Below, in pieces: positions 39,117 through 48,425 of a stretch of 64,000 bases of DNA (its first letter is position 1; each line of letters starts with the position of its first letter). Location: the NCBI GenBank assembly GCA_000433255.1, contig HF998235.1, positions 13 through 64,012 on the forward strand, in the 5' to 3' direction. The translations under genes and the position numbers were made by a program. The notes under the pieces were generated by a model, which saw only the letters and a list, made by a program, of their open reading frames with translations, had not been told where the DNA came from and did no database searches. The DNA comes from Coprobacillus sp. CAG:605. Its GTDB lineage: Bacteria; Bacillota_I; Bacilli_A; RF39; UBA660.

Positions 39117-40499
39117 ATGCAAATGGAATCACAAATAGTACAAGTAAATATCGACGATATAATCCCAAATAGGTTTCAACCACGACTTTCTTTTGACGAC
39201 CAAGGTTTAAAAGAATTAGCGGCTTCTATAAAAGAACATGGGATAATTCAACCCTTAGTGCTACGTAAACTTGGAAGTAAATATGAAATAATTGCTGGCG
39301 AAAGAAGATATAAAGCCTCTCAAATGGCTGGACTAACTACAGTACCTGCTGTAATTTCCAATATTGATGATAATTCCAGTGCCGAAGTAGCTTTAGTTGA
39401 AAATATTCAAAGAAGAGACCTAACTCCAATTGAAGAAGCTAGAAGTTACAAAAATCTTCTTGATAAAGGTTATCTAACTCAAGAACAGCTAGCTAAAAAA
39501 ATGGGTATCTCTCAATCTGCTATTGCCAACAAACTCCGTCTTTTAAATCTTGATGATGAAGTACAACAGGCTCTTTTAGAAGGAAGAATAAGCGAACGTC
39601 ATGCCCGTGCCCTTCTATCACTAGATAGCAAAACAGCTCAAAAAGAATGGCTTAATCGCATTATAACGGATCGTATGACTGTAAGACAACTAGATCAAGA
39701 ACTAAAACAAGTTCTAAAGAAAAATACTACTAATAAAGAAATTCCTTTAGTAGATATCAACCCAAACGTTGAAGAAATCAAAGATAAAGCTGTAGATATC
39801 AATCCAAATCAAAATAAAAATAGAAATGTGGCGAATCTGATGGTACCAGAAGACATCCTAACAGACTATAGTAGTTCTCTACCTCAAAATACTAGCGATA
39901 TGAAAACAATTAATGTTCCAAATAGCATGGATATAATGTCTAACATGCCTGCTGACGATAACCAAAGTCCCGTTAATAAATTCTTTAATACCTTAGAAAG
40001 TACTCCTGCTAACGTTAATGGTAACAATGCTTTCTCTGCTGAAAATACTTTTAATATGAATAGTGCTCCGGAGTTAAATTTTAACTTCAATACTCCAACT
40101 TCTTTCGATACTTTAACTCCACTAGAACAACAACCTAAAAAAGATATCGAAATCTTTGACCCAACTCCAAAACAAGAAGAAACAATTACAACACCAACTC
40201 CTGATTTTAATGCCTTTGAAACCCCAATTGAACTAAACCCAAATAATCGTTTCTTCACTCCTGAACCAAATAATATTACTTCAACATACCAAGAATCAAC
40301 ACCTAAACAAGAAGAATTATTTGACCCAATGAGTATGGTTGAGTCACTTGAACCAATTAAAGTATCAAGTTCATTAGATAATTCCATTGCCATGATAAAA
40401 GAAACCATAACTAAACTTCAAAACCAAGGAATTAGAATAAGTTATAATGAAACTGACGAACCTTTAGAACATAAAATAACTATTACTATTGATAAATAA
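39117..40499 (+). CDS. noc: ParB-family protein of the Noc (nucleoid occlusion) type with a long low-complexity insertion
   Basis: ParB N-domain (IPNRFQPR, GERRYKAS). HTH segment SQSAIANKLRLLNL ... ISERHARAL matches B. subtilis Noc (GQSTIANKLRLLKL ... ITERHARAL) better than Spo0J (SRPHIANHLRLLTL ... LSMGHGRTL). C-terminus IAMIKETITKLQNQGIRISYNETDEPLEHKITITIDK parallels the Noc C-terminus. Lies directly after rsmG. Confidence 0.8.
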   Translation: MQMESQIVQVNIDDIIPNRFQPRLSFDDQGLKELAASIKEHGIIQPLVLRKLGSKYEIIAGERRYKASQMAGLTTVPAVISNIDDNSSAEVALVENIQRRDLTPIEEARSYKNLLDKGYLTQEQLAKKMGISQSAIANKLRLLNLDDEVQQALLEGRISERHARALLSLDSKTAQKEWLNRIITDRMTVRQLDQELKQVLKKNTTNKEIPLVDINPNVEEIKDKAVDINPNQNKNRNVANLMVPEDILTDYSSSLPQNTSDMKTINVPNSMDIMSNMPADDNQSPVNKFFNTLESTPANVNGNNAFSAENTFNMNSAPELNFNFNTPTSFDTLTPLEQQPKKDIEIFDPTPKQEETITTPTPDFNAFETPIELNPNNRFFTPEPNNITSTYQESTPKQEELFDPMSMVESLEPIKVSSSLDNSIAMIKETITKLQNQGIRISYNETDEPLEHKITITIDK

Positions 40500-40506
40500 C
40501 AAAAAT

Positions 40507-40535
40507 GACTGCTTTTTAAGGCAGTCTATTTTTTT
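40507..40535. terminator. Bidirectional terminator between noc-like and the convergent HTH gene
   Basis: gactgc-tttttaag-gcagtc flanked by A5 and T7. Confidence 0.7.
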
Positions 40536-40738
40536 ACATTTAAAACTTTTATACCACAAATATGGCAAAATTCCAAATATGTTTTTAACTTTATATTAAT
40601 CGCACCTCTTTCAACAGCTTTAACCCATTGAACTGATTTGTGCATCTTTTTAGCTAATTCTAGTTGCGTAATATTAGCACTCTCACGAATAAACTTAAAA
40701 ACATCAGGAATATTATAATCTTCAAAACTAATTTTCAT
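40526..40738 (-). CDS. Small XRE-family helix-turn-helix protein
   Basis: ITQLELAKKMHKSVQWVKAVERG is a Cro/C1-type HTH. ATG 40738 is the likely start. Confidence 0.6.
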   Translation of the reverse strand: MKISFEDYNIPDVFKFIRESANITQLELAKKMHKSVQWVKAVERGAINIKLKTYLEFCHICGIKVLNVKK

Positions 40739-40899
40739 GAATTTCACCTATTAATTTTATATCAAATAGCTATCAAGCAATAACGAAAAAGTCTATTCTC
40801 ACTAGACTGTAAGACTACATAAGGGACCTAGTTAAAATAAACTTTATAATAATAAATTTTATCAAAAAAGATAATTCCCCTTAATCATAATAAACTTTA

Positions 40900-42852
40900 T
40901 TATTCAGTAATATTTTCCTTATTACCTTCATATTCCATTTCACTATTCACATACTCACTACCTTTAACATAATAGTAAACATACATTTTTTTATCATTAT
41001 CAGCCTGATTACCCGTTATCGCATCAAGTGGCACCCCTACTACATTCTCAGGCACATCATACCACCTAGCTTCTTTATCTTTTAAATATTCCTCAACAGT
41101 ATTTACCCATATATTCTTTGAAATATTTCCATCTACTGGATTCATTTGCCTATTATCGTCATATCCATTCCAAACCAACATCAAAATATCTGGATTGTAC
41201 CCAATCATATAACAGTCAGTCCCCGACGACCCAGTTTTCATAGCATACTTTCGACTTATCTTTGAACCTAAACTAATAATCGTTGGCGTATTATAATCAA
41301 TAAAAGCCGAATTATATGTCGCCGTTAGCATTTCATTTAAAATAAACGTATAATTAGAATTTAAAACTTGAGTACTATTATTTTTCTTTTCGTATAAAAT
41401 ATTTCCATGCATATCCGTAACCTTTAAAATTACCCCCAAGTCTTTTTTATATCCATTACTAGCTAAAGTAGTATAAGCATTAGCAAAATCCCACATCGAG
41501 ATCTCTGCTGTTCCTAAAGGCAGTGACGGGATAGTCGGTAAGTCTTTTTTTATCCCCATTCTCTTTGCTGTTTTAACCAACATATCTTCTCCTAAAAACA
41601 AATGAGTCTTCACCGCATAAATATTATCACTATAACTTAACGCCGCCGCCATAGTAATTTCTTTATTAGCATATTTTTTATTATAATTTTGTGGTGAATA
41701 CGTATCATTATTAGCAAATACAAACGTTGTTTCCTCACTTAAAAACTTTGAAGAAGATGTCATTCCATTTTCTAACGCCGCATAATAAAGTATCGGTTTC
41801 ATAGTACTACCAACTTGTCTTTCAGCACTAACTACTCTATTAAATTGACTTTTATTATAATCTCTTCCCCCAACTAATGCCATTATATTTCCCGTATTTG
41901 GATCAATTATCATACTAGCCACTTGCATCTCATTATCTGGCATATATTCATTAACATTTTTCTCTAAAATACCTTGTAGTTCAATATCCAAAGACGTATA
42001 AATCTTTAAACCTCCCGTTTCAATTAATGATTTCGGTATTGCAAGTTTATCTAACTCACTTTTAACAACATCTTGATAATACATCAACGTATCTAAATTA
42101 TTTTCACTTCTCTTACCATATAAAATCAAAGTATTTTTAAATAAATTATCCGCATCTTCTTCACTTAACTTCTTATTATTAACCATAGCTTTTGCTACAA
42201 TCTTCCCCCTTAATATTGCATCGTCATAATTACTAATCGGGTTATAATAACTAGGTCCCTTAGGAATACCAGCTAAAACAATACTTTCTTCCAAAGTCAA
42301 ATCCTTTGCACTTTTATTAAAATAATACTCTGCCGCACTACCAATTCCAAAATTACCTTGCCCAAAATTAATCGTATTAATATATCCTTCTAATATTTCA
42401 TTCTTACTATAATGCATCTCTAACTTTAAAGTAAGCCAAGCCTCCTCTATCTTTCTTTCCCATGTCTTATCAAAATCTAAATACAAATTTTTAACATACT
42501 GCTGAGATATAGTACTAGCGCCACCAACTACTTTCCTACTTTTTATATTCTGCAACATAGTTTTTATAATTCTTAAATAATCAAAACCCTTATGCTTATA
42601 AAAATTTTTATCTTCAATACTTATTATGGCATTCAAAAAATCTGGTGAAACATCACTTAAACTTACCCACTTTGAATTTCCACTTCCTTGGTACACAATA
42701 GTCTCATTATGGTCATAAATATAATACTGTCCTGTTGTTTTAATATCTAAAACTGGACTAATATAAGCCATAAAATAAAGTCCTAAAATACTTACAATGC
42801 CTAAGACAAATAATAGACAAAATACCTTAAAAAGTCGCTTAAATCTCTTCAA
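40900..42852 (-). CDS. Class A penicillin-binding protein (glycosyltransferase + transpeptidase)
   Basis: GT51 motifs (EDKNFYKHKGFD, GASTISQQ) and transpeptidase motifs STMK, SDN and KTG. N-terminal TM anchor. Confidence 0.9.
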   Translation of the reverse strand: MKRFKRLFKVFCLLFVLGIVSILGLYFMAYISPVLDIKTTGQYYIYDHNETIVYQGSGNSKWVSLSDVSPDFLNAIISIEDKNFYKHKGFDYLRIIKTMLQNIKSRKVVGGASTISQQYVKNLYLDFDKTWERKIEEAWLTLKLEMHYSKNEILEGYINTINFGQGNFGIGSAAEYYFNKSAKDLTLEESIVLAGIPKGPSYYNPISNYDDAILRGKIVAKAMVNNKKLSEEDADNLFKNTLILYGKRSENNLDTLMYYQDVVKSELDKLAIPKSLIETGGLKIYTSLDIELQGILEKNVNEYMPDNEMQVASMIIDPNTGNIMALVGGRDYNKSQFNRVVSAERQVGSTMKPILYYAALENGMTSSSKFLSEETTFVFANNDTYSPQNYNKKYANKEITMAAALSYSDNIYAVKTHLFLGEDMLVKTAKRMGIKKDLPTIPSLPLGTAEISMWDFANAYTTLASNGYKKDLGVILKVTDMHGNILYEKKNNSTQVLNSNYTFILNEMLTATYNSAFIDYNTPTIISLGSKISRKYAMKTGSSGTDCYMIGYNPDILMLVWNGYDDNRQMNPVDGNISKNIWVNTVEEYLKDKEARWYDVPENVVGVPLDAITGNQADNDKKMYVYYYVKGSEYVNSEMEYEGNKENITE

Positions 42853-42955
42853 AATTCTTCACCCTAACACTATTATGTAAAAAAAATGCGTTTTTATGTA
42901 GTCAATTTCCAATCTCTATGTTATAATGTTTTAGAAAAAAACGGAGGGCTGTTTT

Positions 42956-43312
42956 TTGAAGAAAAAATTAGATATAAATTTATTAAAAAATAACAATTTA
43001 ACATATACTAAAAAAGATGTATCATACGATACATACAACAATATTATAAAATACAACTTAGACGATGTTGTAAATACTCTAGAATTACTCGAAGATGGTG
43101 TAATATTCACTAGAGAAAACGACGAATATTTATTTAATTTAAAACTATCTAAAGATCAAAATACTTGCCGTTATTTGCTTAAAGAATTAGATAGTTATAT
43201 TGATATCGTAGTAGATGATGGTCAAATTATAAAAGAAGATAATAAACTAACTATTAATTATCAAATCGAAAGTGATGATGAATTTACTACTATTGAATTA
43301 TTTTTAAAGTAG
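42956..43312 (+). CDS. DUF1934/YwiB-like small protein
   Basis: 118 aa immediately upstream of argS, as ywiB is in B. subtilis. Call rests on weak pattern recognition only. TTG start. Confidence 0.4.
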   Translation: MKKKLDINLLKNNNLTYTKKDVSYDTYNNIIKYNLDDVVNTLELLEDGVIFTRENDEYLFNLKLSKDQNTCRYLLKELDSYIDIVVDDGQIIKEDNKLTINYQIESDDEFTTIELFLK

Positions 43313-43321
43313 GGTGAGATT

Positions 43322-44935
43322 ATGAAAGAAAAAATAAGAGAAATATTACTTCAAAGTTTAAAAGAAAATAATATTGAATATGAAGAAGATATTATTATCG
43401 AAAATCCAAATAAAAAAGATAATGGGGATTATTCAACAAACTTAGCATTACGTTTAACTAAATTACTACATAAAAATCCCTTAGAAATAGCCCAAAATAT
43501 TACAAATAAAATAAATAGTGATTTATTTACCAAAGTAGAAATTGCTAAACCAGGTTTTATTAACTTTTACATGGATAAAAAATATTTATTAGATAATATT
43601 AATACTGTCTTAGAACTTCAAGAAAACTATGGCCGTAACAATATTGGACATTATAAACGATACAACTTAGAATTTGTCAGTGCCAATCCAACCGGTATTT
43701 TGCATTTGGGAAACGCTAGAGGCGGAGCATATGGTGATTCCTTAGCGCGAATCTTAAGATTTAGTGGTTATGACGTAACTGAAGAATATTATGTTAATGA
43801 TGCTGGTAATCAAGTTAACAACCTCGCTTTATCAATAGAGGCTAGATATAAAACGATTTGTGGTATTCCTACTGACTTACCAGAAAATGGCTATCATGGT
43901 CAAGAAATTATTGAAATTGCTAAGAACTTATATAATGAACATCAAGATACCTTATTAAATGAAAACATTGAATATTATAAAAATCTTGGTATCAATATTC
44001 TATTAGATAAAATCAAAAAAGTCTTAAAAGATTATCGCATCAACTATGATGTCTATACTAGCGAAAAATCAATTTACAAAACCCATCCAATTCCTGAAAT
44101 TATAAATAAATTAACTACTAATGGTTATACTTATGAACAAGAAGGTGCTACTTGGTTAAAAGCTAGCGAACTAGGAGATTCTAAAGACCATGTTTTAGTT
44201 AAAGCTGACGGCCTATACACTTACTTAGTACCAGATATTGCATACCATATCGATAAAATTGAAAGAGGGTATGACCATTTAATTGACGTTTTTGGAACTG
44301 ACCACCATGGTTATGTTGCGCGCCTTAAAGGCTCCCTAAAAGCTCTAGGGTACGACCCAGACATCTTAGATGTTAAACTATTACAATTAGTAAGATTAGT
44401 ATCTAATGGTGAAGAAATAAAAATGAGTAAACGTACCGGTAAAATAGTATCTCTTCAAGAATTAATTGACTTAGTAGGTGTTAATGCTGCAAGATACTTC
44501 TTCGTAAGCAGATCCCTTGATACTCAAATGGATTTTGACTTAGACCTAGCCACTAAAAAATCTAACGAAAACCCTGTTTATTACGTATCATACGCTTACG
44601 CTAGAATCTGCAATATTTTAAATAATTACGAAGGAAAAATAACTAACGTTACAGAATATAAAACCATAAATAGTCCTGAAGCATATAATGTCTTAGAACA
44701 AATTTATAAATTTAACGAAGTAGTAATATCCGCTGCAACTAAAGAATTACCTCACTTAATTACTAATTACGTCTATGATTTAGCAGAATCATTCCATTCA
44801 CTATATTCTAAAGAAAGAATAATTACAGAAGATAAAGAAAAAACCAACGAATACTTAAACTTAATTAGTGCCGTTAAAGTAACACTTAAAAATGCATTAG
44901 ATTTAATTGGTGTTATACCACCAGAAAAAATGTAG
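43322..44935 (+). CDS. argS: Arginyl-tRNA synthetase
   Basis: SANPTGILHLGNARG (HIGH-type) and the MSKRTG motif. 537 aa. Confidence 0.96.
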   Translation: MKEKIREILLQSLKENNIEYEEDIIIENPNKKDNGDYSTNLALRLTKLLHKNPLEIAQNITNKINSDLFTKVEIAKPGFINFYMDKKYLLDNINTVLELQENYGRNNIGHYKRYNLEFVSANPTGILHLGNARGGAYGDSLARILRFSGYDVTEEYYVNDAGNQVNNLALSIEARYKTICGIPTDLPENGYHGQEIIEIAKNLYNEHQDTLLNENIEYYKNLGINILLDKIKKVLKDYRINYDVYTSEKSIYKTHPIPEIINKLTTNGYTYEQEGATWLKASELGDSKDHVLVKADGLYTYLVPDIAYHIDKIERGYDHLIDVFGTDHHGYVARLKGSLKALGYDPDILDVKLLQLVRLVSNGEEIKMSKRTGKIVSLQELIDLVGVNAARYFFVSRSLDTQMDFDLDLATKKSNENPVYYVSYAYARICNILNNYEGKITNVTEYKTINSPEAYNVLEQIYKFNEVVISAATKELPHLITNYVYDLAESFHSLYSKERIITEDKEKTNEYLNLISAVKVTLKNALDLIGVIPPEKM

Positions 44936-44946
44936 GAGGAAATTTT

Positions 44947-45387
44947 ATGAAATTAAACGATTTAACCAAAGCTGAATTAGAAGCTATGAGTTATGATGAT
45001 ATAGCGTACTTAATATTAAGCGAAGAAAAAAAGGAAACCAAAATAACTGACCTTTTTAAAAAAGTTTGTGATTTACTAGGGTTATCCCAAGCAGAATATG
45101 AAGCAAAAATAACTGATTTTTTCCAAGTACTATCCACTGATCAAAGATTTGTTATGGTTGATAAAGGATACTGGGATTTAAAGAGTAATCATAAGGCTAA
45201 TATTATTATGGATAATGATGAAGAAGACGAAGAAGAAAAAGAGGAAGACGAAGAAGACGAAGACACAACTGAAGAAAACGATGATTTATTCTATGATGAA
45301 GATTCAACTGACGACGATACAACTGATGATGATTTAAAAGATTTAGTAATCGTAACCGATGATGACGAAGAAAATGCAAACCTTTAA
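44947..45387 (+). CDS. rpoE: RNA polymerase delta subunit RpoE
   Basis: N-terminal HARE-HTH (MSYDDIAYLIL ... ITDLF ... DQRFVMVDKGYWDLK) followed by a poly-acidic tail. Confidence 0.88.
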   Translation: MKLNDLTKAELEAMSYDDIAYLILSEEKKETKITDLFKKVCDLLGLSQAEYEAKITDFFQVLSTDQRFVMVDKGYWDLKSNHKANIIMDNDEEDEEEKEEDEEDEDTTEENDDLFYDEDSTDDDTTDDDLKDLVIVTDDDEENANL

Positions 45388-45440
45388 CGTTTGCTTTCTT
45401 TTCTCTTCCACGATATAATACATAAAGAAGGAGCTAGAAA

Positions 45441-46502
45441 ATGAAAGAAAGACTAGAAACTATAATAACTAAATATGAGGACCTAAAACAAGAACTAACA
45501 AAACCGGAAGTTTTAGCAGACTATAATAAACTAAGAACTTTATCAAAAGAACAAAAAGACTTAGAAAGCATTGTTAATAAATATAAAGAATACTTAACTA
45601 GTGAAAAAAATATTGAAGATGCTAAAATATTAGCTAACGATCCGGAAATGCATGAATTAGCTGAAGAAACTTTAGCTGAAGAAACTGCTAATAAAGAGCG
45701 TTTAGAAAAAGAACTTGAATTAATGTTAATTCCAAAAGACCCTAATGACGATAAAAATATTATTATGGAAATAAGAGGAGCTGCCGGAGGAGACGAAGCC
45801 AATATCTTTGCTGGCGACTTATTCCGTATGTATTCTAAGTACGCTGAAAAACAAAATTGGAAAATTGAAATTCTCCATGAAGTAGAGGGTAGTGCCGGTG
45901 GATATTCCCAAATCGAATTTATGATTAGAGGTGAAAATGTCTATTCAAAATTAAAATTTGAAAGTGGTTCGCACCGTGTTCAAAGAGTACCAGTAACCGA
46001 GACTCAAGGTCGTGTTCATACTTCAACTGCCACAGTACTTGTTATGCCTGAAGTAAATGTTGATGACGTTGAAATTAAAGAAAGTGATTTAAAAATAGAT
46101 GTTTATCACTCTAGTGGTGCCGGTGGTCAATCAGTTAACACTTCCAACTCTGCCGTTCGTATCACTCATGTTCCAACCAATACCGTTGTAACTTGTCAAA
46201 TAGAAAGATCACAATTAAAAAATAAAGAAAAGGCTATGAAAATGCTAGCGGCAAAACTTCAAGATGCTGCCGAAGCTAAAGCTGAAGCTGAATTAGGTCA
46301 AAACCGTAAAAAAATAGGAACCGGCGATAGATCAGAAAAAATTAGAACTTACAACTATCCTCAAAATAGAATAACTGACCACCGTATTAACTTTACTATT
46401 ATGGAACTAGACCGTGTTATGGAAGGTAACCTAGACCCCGTAATTGAAGCTTTAATAAACGAAGACCAAAGATTAAAACTTCTAGGAGATACTAATGAAT
46501 AA
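45441..46502 (+). CDS. prfA: Peptide chain release factor 1
   Basis: PVTETQGRVHTS region (PxT-type motif) and the GGQ motif (SSGAGGQSVNT). Confidence 0.96.
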   Translation: MKERLETIITKYEDLKQELTKPEVLADYNKLRTLSKEQKDLESIVNKYKEYLTSEKNIEDAKILANDPEMHELAEETLAEETANKERLEKELELMLIPKDPNDDKNIIMEIRGAAGGDEANIFAGDLFRMYSKYAEKQNWKIEILHEVEGSAGGYSQIEFMIRGENVYSKLKFESGSHRVQRVPVTETQGRVHTSTATVLVMPEVNVDDVEIKESDLKIDVYHSSGAGGQSVNTSNSAVRITHVPTNTVVTCQIERSQLKNKEKAMKMLAAKLQDAAEAKAEAELGQNRKKIGTGDRSEKIRTYNYPQNRITDHRINFTIMELDRVMEGNLDPVIEALINEDQRLKLLGDTNE

Positions 46503-47226
46503 ACCAGAGTTTATCTCTAATGTAGATTTTGAAATCTTAAAATCAATGTATCCCGATAATATAGACGAGGTAATTCAAAAACTAAATAATCATTATCCCG
46601 TTCAATACTTAATTGGTAATGTTAATTTTTATGGCTATCAAATATTTGTTGACGAAAGAGTACTAATTCCGCGTTTTGAAACCGAAGGTTTAGTTGAAGA
46701 AACTCTAAAACTTATTAAATTTAAAAATATAACACCCAAAATTATCGAAATAGGAACGGGTAGTGGTTGTATTGCTATTGCTCTAAGTAAAGAATTAAAT
46801 ACCCATGTAACTGCCATTGACATATCAAAAAGTGCCATTGAAGTAGCAACTAAAAACGCTTTATACAACGAAGCTGACGTTACTTTCCAATTAAAAGACA
46901 TCAAAACTGGCGACTTTAATTCTAAATACAATATTTTAATAAGCAATCCGCCATACGTTAAATATGACGAACCAGTTGACCCTGCAACTAAATTTGAACC
47001 TCAGAATGCCTTATTTGCCGACCATAATGGCTTGGAATTTTATGAAGTAATTTTAAAACGCAGCCATGAATTTATGGAATCTACAAACATAATAGCATTT
47101 GAAATAGGTGAAACTCAAGCTCCTGAGATAGAAACTCTAGCTAAAAAAGAATATCCTAACGCTAATGTTATAGTAAAAAAAGACTTACAAGAAAGAAATC
47201 GTTACTTATTTGTAATTAATGATTAA
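46495..47226 (+). CDS. prmC: Release factor glutamine methyltransferase PrmC/HemK
   Basis: EIGTGSGCIA SAM motif and the NPPY motif (ISNPPYV). Confidence 0.92.
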   Translation: MNKPEFISNVDFEILKSMYPDNIDEVIQKLNNHYPVQYLIGNVNFYGYQIFVDERVLIPRFETEGLVEETLKLIKFKNITPKIIEIGTGSGCIAIALSKELNTHVTAIDISKSAIEVATKNALYNEADVTFQLKDIKTGDFNSKYNILISNPPYVKYDEPVDPATKFEPQNALFADHNGLEFYEVILKRSHEFMESTNIIAFEIGETQAPEIETLAKKEYPNANVIVKKDLQERNRYLFVIND

Positions 47227-47238
47227 ACTTAATATAAT

Positions 47239-47267
47239 TCACTCAATATAATATTGGGTGATTTTTT
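47239..47267 (+). terminator. Terminator after prmC
   Basis: tcactcaata-taa-tattgggtga followed by T6. Confidence 0.75.
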
Positions 47268-47771
47268 ATAAAAAAGATAATAATAATTTTATTCGTAGTC
47301 GTAAGTGTATACATTTTATCAACTCCTAAAGAAGAACAAATAACTATACCAGATACTTCCATTCGTTTCCGCATCATTGCTAATTCCAATTCCCTAGAAG
47401 ATCAACTAGAAAAAAATGAAATCAAACAAGACTTAATTAAAAACGTAATTCCTAAAATGCTAAATAACAATATTTCTTCTTCCAGAGCATCTATTAAAAA
47501 CACCATACCATTACTAAAAGAACAACTAAATATCTATAAAATACCATATTCTCTAAACCTTGGTCAAAACTATTTCCCTGAAAAAAACTACAAAGGCGTA
47601 ACATACGATGCCGGAAACTATGAATCTCTAGTCATAACTTTAGGTAGTGGACTAGGGGATAACTGGTGGTGTGTTCTATATCCACCTTTATGTTTAATCG
47701 AAGACGAACCTGCCTTAGATAATATAACTTTTAAAAGCTACATCAAAGAGTACCTAAATAATTCTAATTAA
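47268..47771 (+). CDS. spoIIR: Stage II sporulation protein R (5' boundary unresolved)
   Basis: IRFRIIANSNS and NWWCVLYPPLCL motifs. The frame is open from 47262 and encodes a signal-anchor (KKIIIILFVVVSVYIL). The first in-frame ATG is 47457, so an ATA 47268 start or a frameshift relative to GTG 47258 must be assumed. Confidence 0.7.
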   Translation: MKKIIIILFVVVSVYILSTPKEEQITIPDTSIRFRIIANSNSLEDQLEKNEIKQDLIKNVIPKMLNNNISSSRASIKNTIPLLKEQLNIYKIPYSLNLGQNYFPEKNYKGVTYDAGNYESLVITLGSGLGDNWWCVLYPPLCLIEDEPALDNITFKSYIKEYLNNSN

Positions 47772-47782
47772 TAAATTTACAC

Positions 47783-47816
47783 TCACCTTAATATAAATAA
47801 TTAGGGTGATTTTTTT
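47783..47816 (+). terminator. Terminator after spoIIR
   Basis: tcaccttaat-ataaata-attagggtga followed by T7. Confidence 0.75.
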
Positions 47817-48345
47817 GATTAATATACTAATTTGGATAGCTATCGCTCTAAGTATGGATACATTTTCTTTAGCACTATCCTTAGGAACTATGAACTTATC
47901 GTATAAAAAAGTATTATTTTATCCGTTACTAGTTGGCGTCTTTCATTTTATCTTTCCCCTTATAGGACGCTTACTAGGAGATATCATTTTAAATATTATA
48001 ATTATTGGTTCCCAAAAACTCTTAGGTCTAATTTTCTTAATTTTATTCTTAAAACTACTTTATGATATGAAAAAGGGTAGTAAAGACACCATCAAAATTA
48101 GTAAAATATCACTAATTCTTCTAGCCATATCGGTTTCTTTAGATAGTTTAACTACCGGCATAGGGCTAAATGCAATAACAAAAAGTATCCTCCTTCCTTC
48201 TTTAATCTTCCAAGTAGTTAGTACCACATTTACTTTTTTAGGTTTATTAATCGGTGCCAAAGCCAGTAACTCCCTGGGAAACCTTGCCAATTACTTTGGT
48301 CTTTTAATCTTACTCATTCTTGCTCTAGCCCATTTATGTAAATAA
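47806..48345 (+). CDS. mntP: Manganese efflux pump MntP family
   Basis: Six-TM protein with two repeats carrying SMDTFSLALSLG and SLDSLTTGIGL. GTG 47806 lies inside the terminator stem, so in-frame TTG 47815 is an alternative start. Confidence 0.65.
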   Translation: MIFLINILIWIAIALSMDTFSLALSLGTMNLSYKKVLFYPLLVGVFHFIFPLIGRLLGDIILNIIIIGSQKLLGLIFLILFLKLLYDMKKGSKDTIKISKISLILLAISVSLDSLTTGIGLNAITKSILLPSLIFQVVSTTFTFLGLLIGAKASNSLGNLANYFGLLILLILALAHLCK

Positions 48346-48425
48346 CATGTAATAAAAATTGACTAACACTCAAAAACAAGATATATTAAATATAAGAAAT
48401 AACTTATTTTAAAAGGAGGCTTTAT

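Noticed and set aside
39884-40408. 174-aa antisense ORF inside the noc-like gene, and similar antisense ORFs (for example 14263..14628, 24415..24681, 26501..26767, 35245..35757, 45521..45802, 46638..46946, 48965..49588, 58529..58789, 59441..59797, 60588..61266)
   Set aside because: All lie fully inside well-supported genes on the opposite strand and have low-complexity Ser/Leu/Ile-rich translations typical of shadow ORFs in AT-rich DNA.
40526-40738. The small XRE HTH gene as the antitoxin of a toxin-antitoxin pair
   Set aside because: No small partner ORF lies upstream or downstream on the same strand. The gene is flanked by a terminator and a 150-bp promoter region before the PBP gene.
45180-45387. 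Acidic repeat tract (DEEDEEEKEEDEEDED ...) as a possible novel low-complexity element
   Set aside because: A poly-acidic C-terminal tail is the normal architecture of the RNA polymerase delta subunit.
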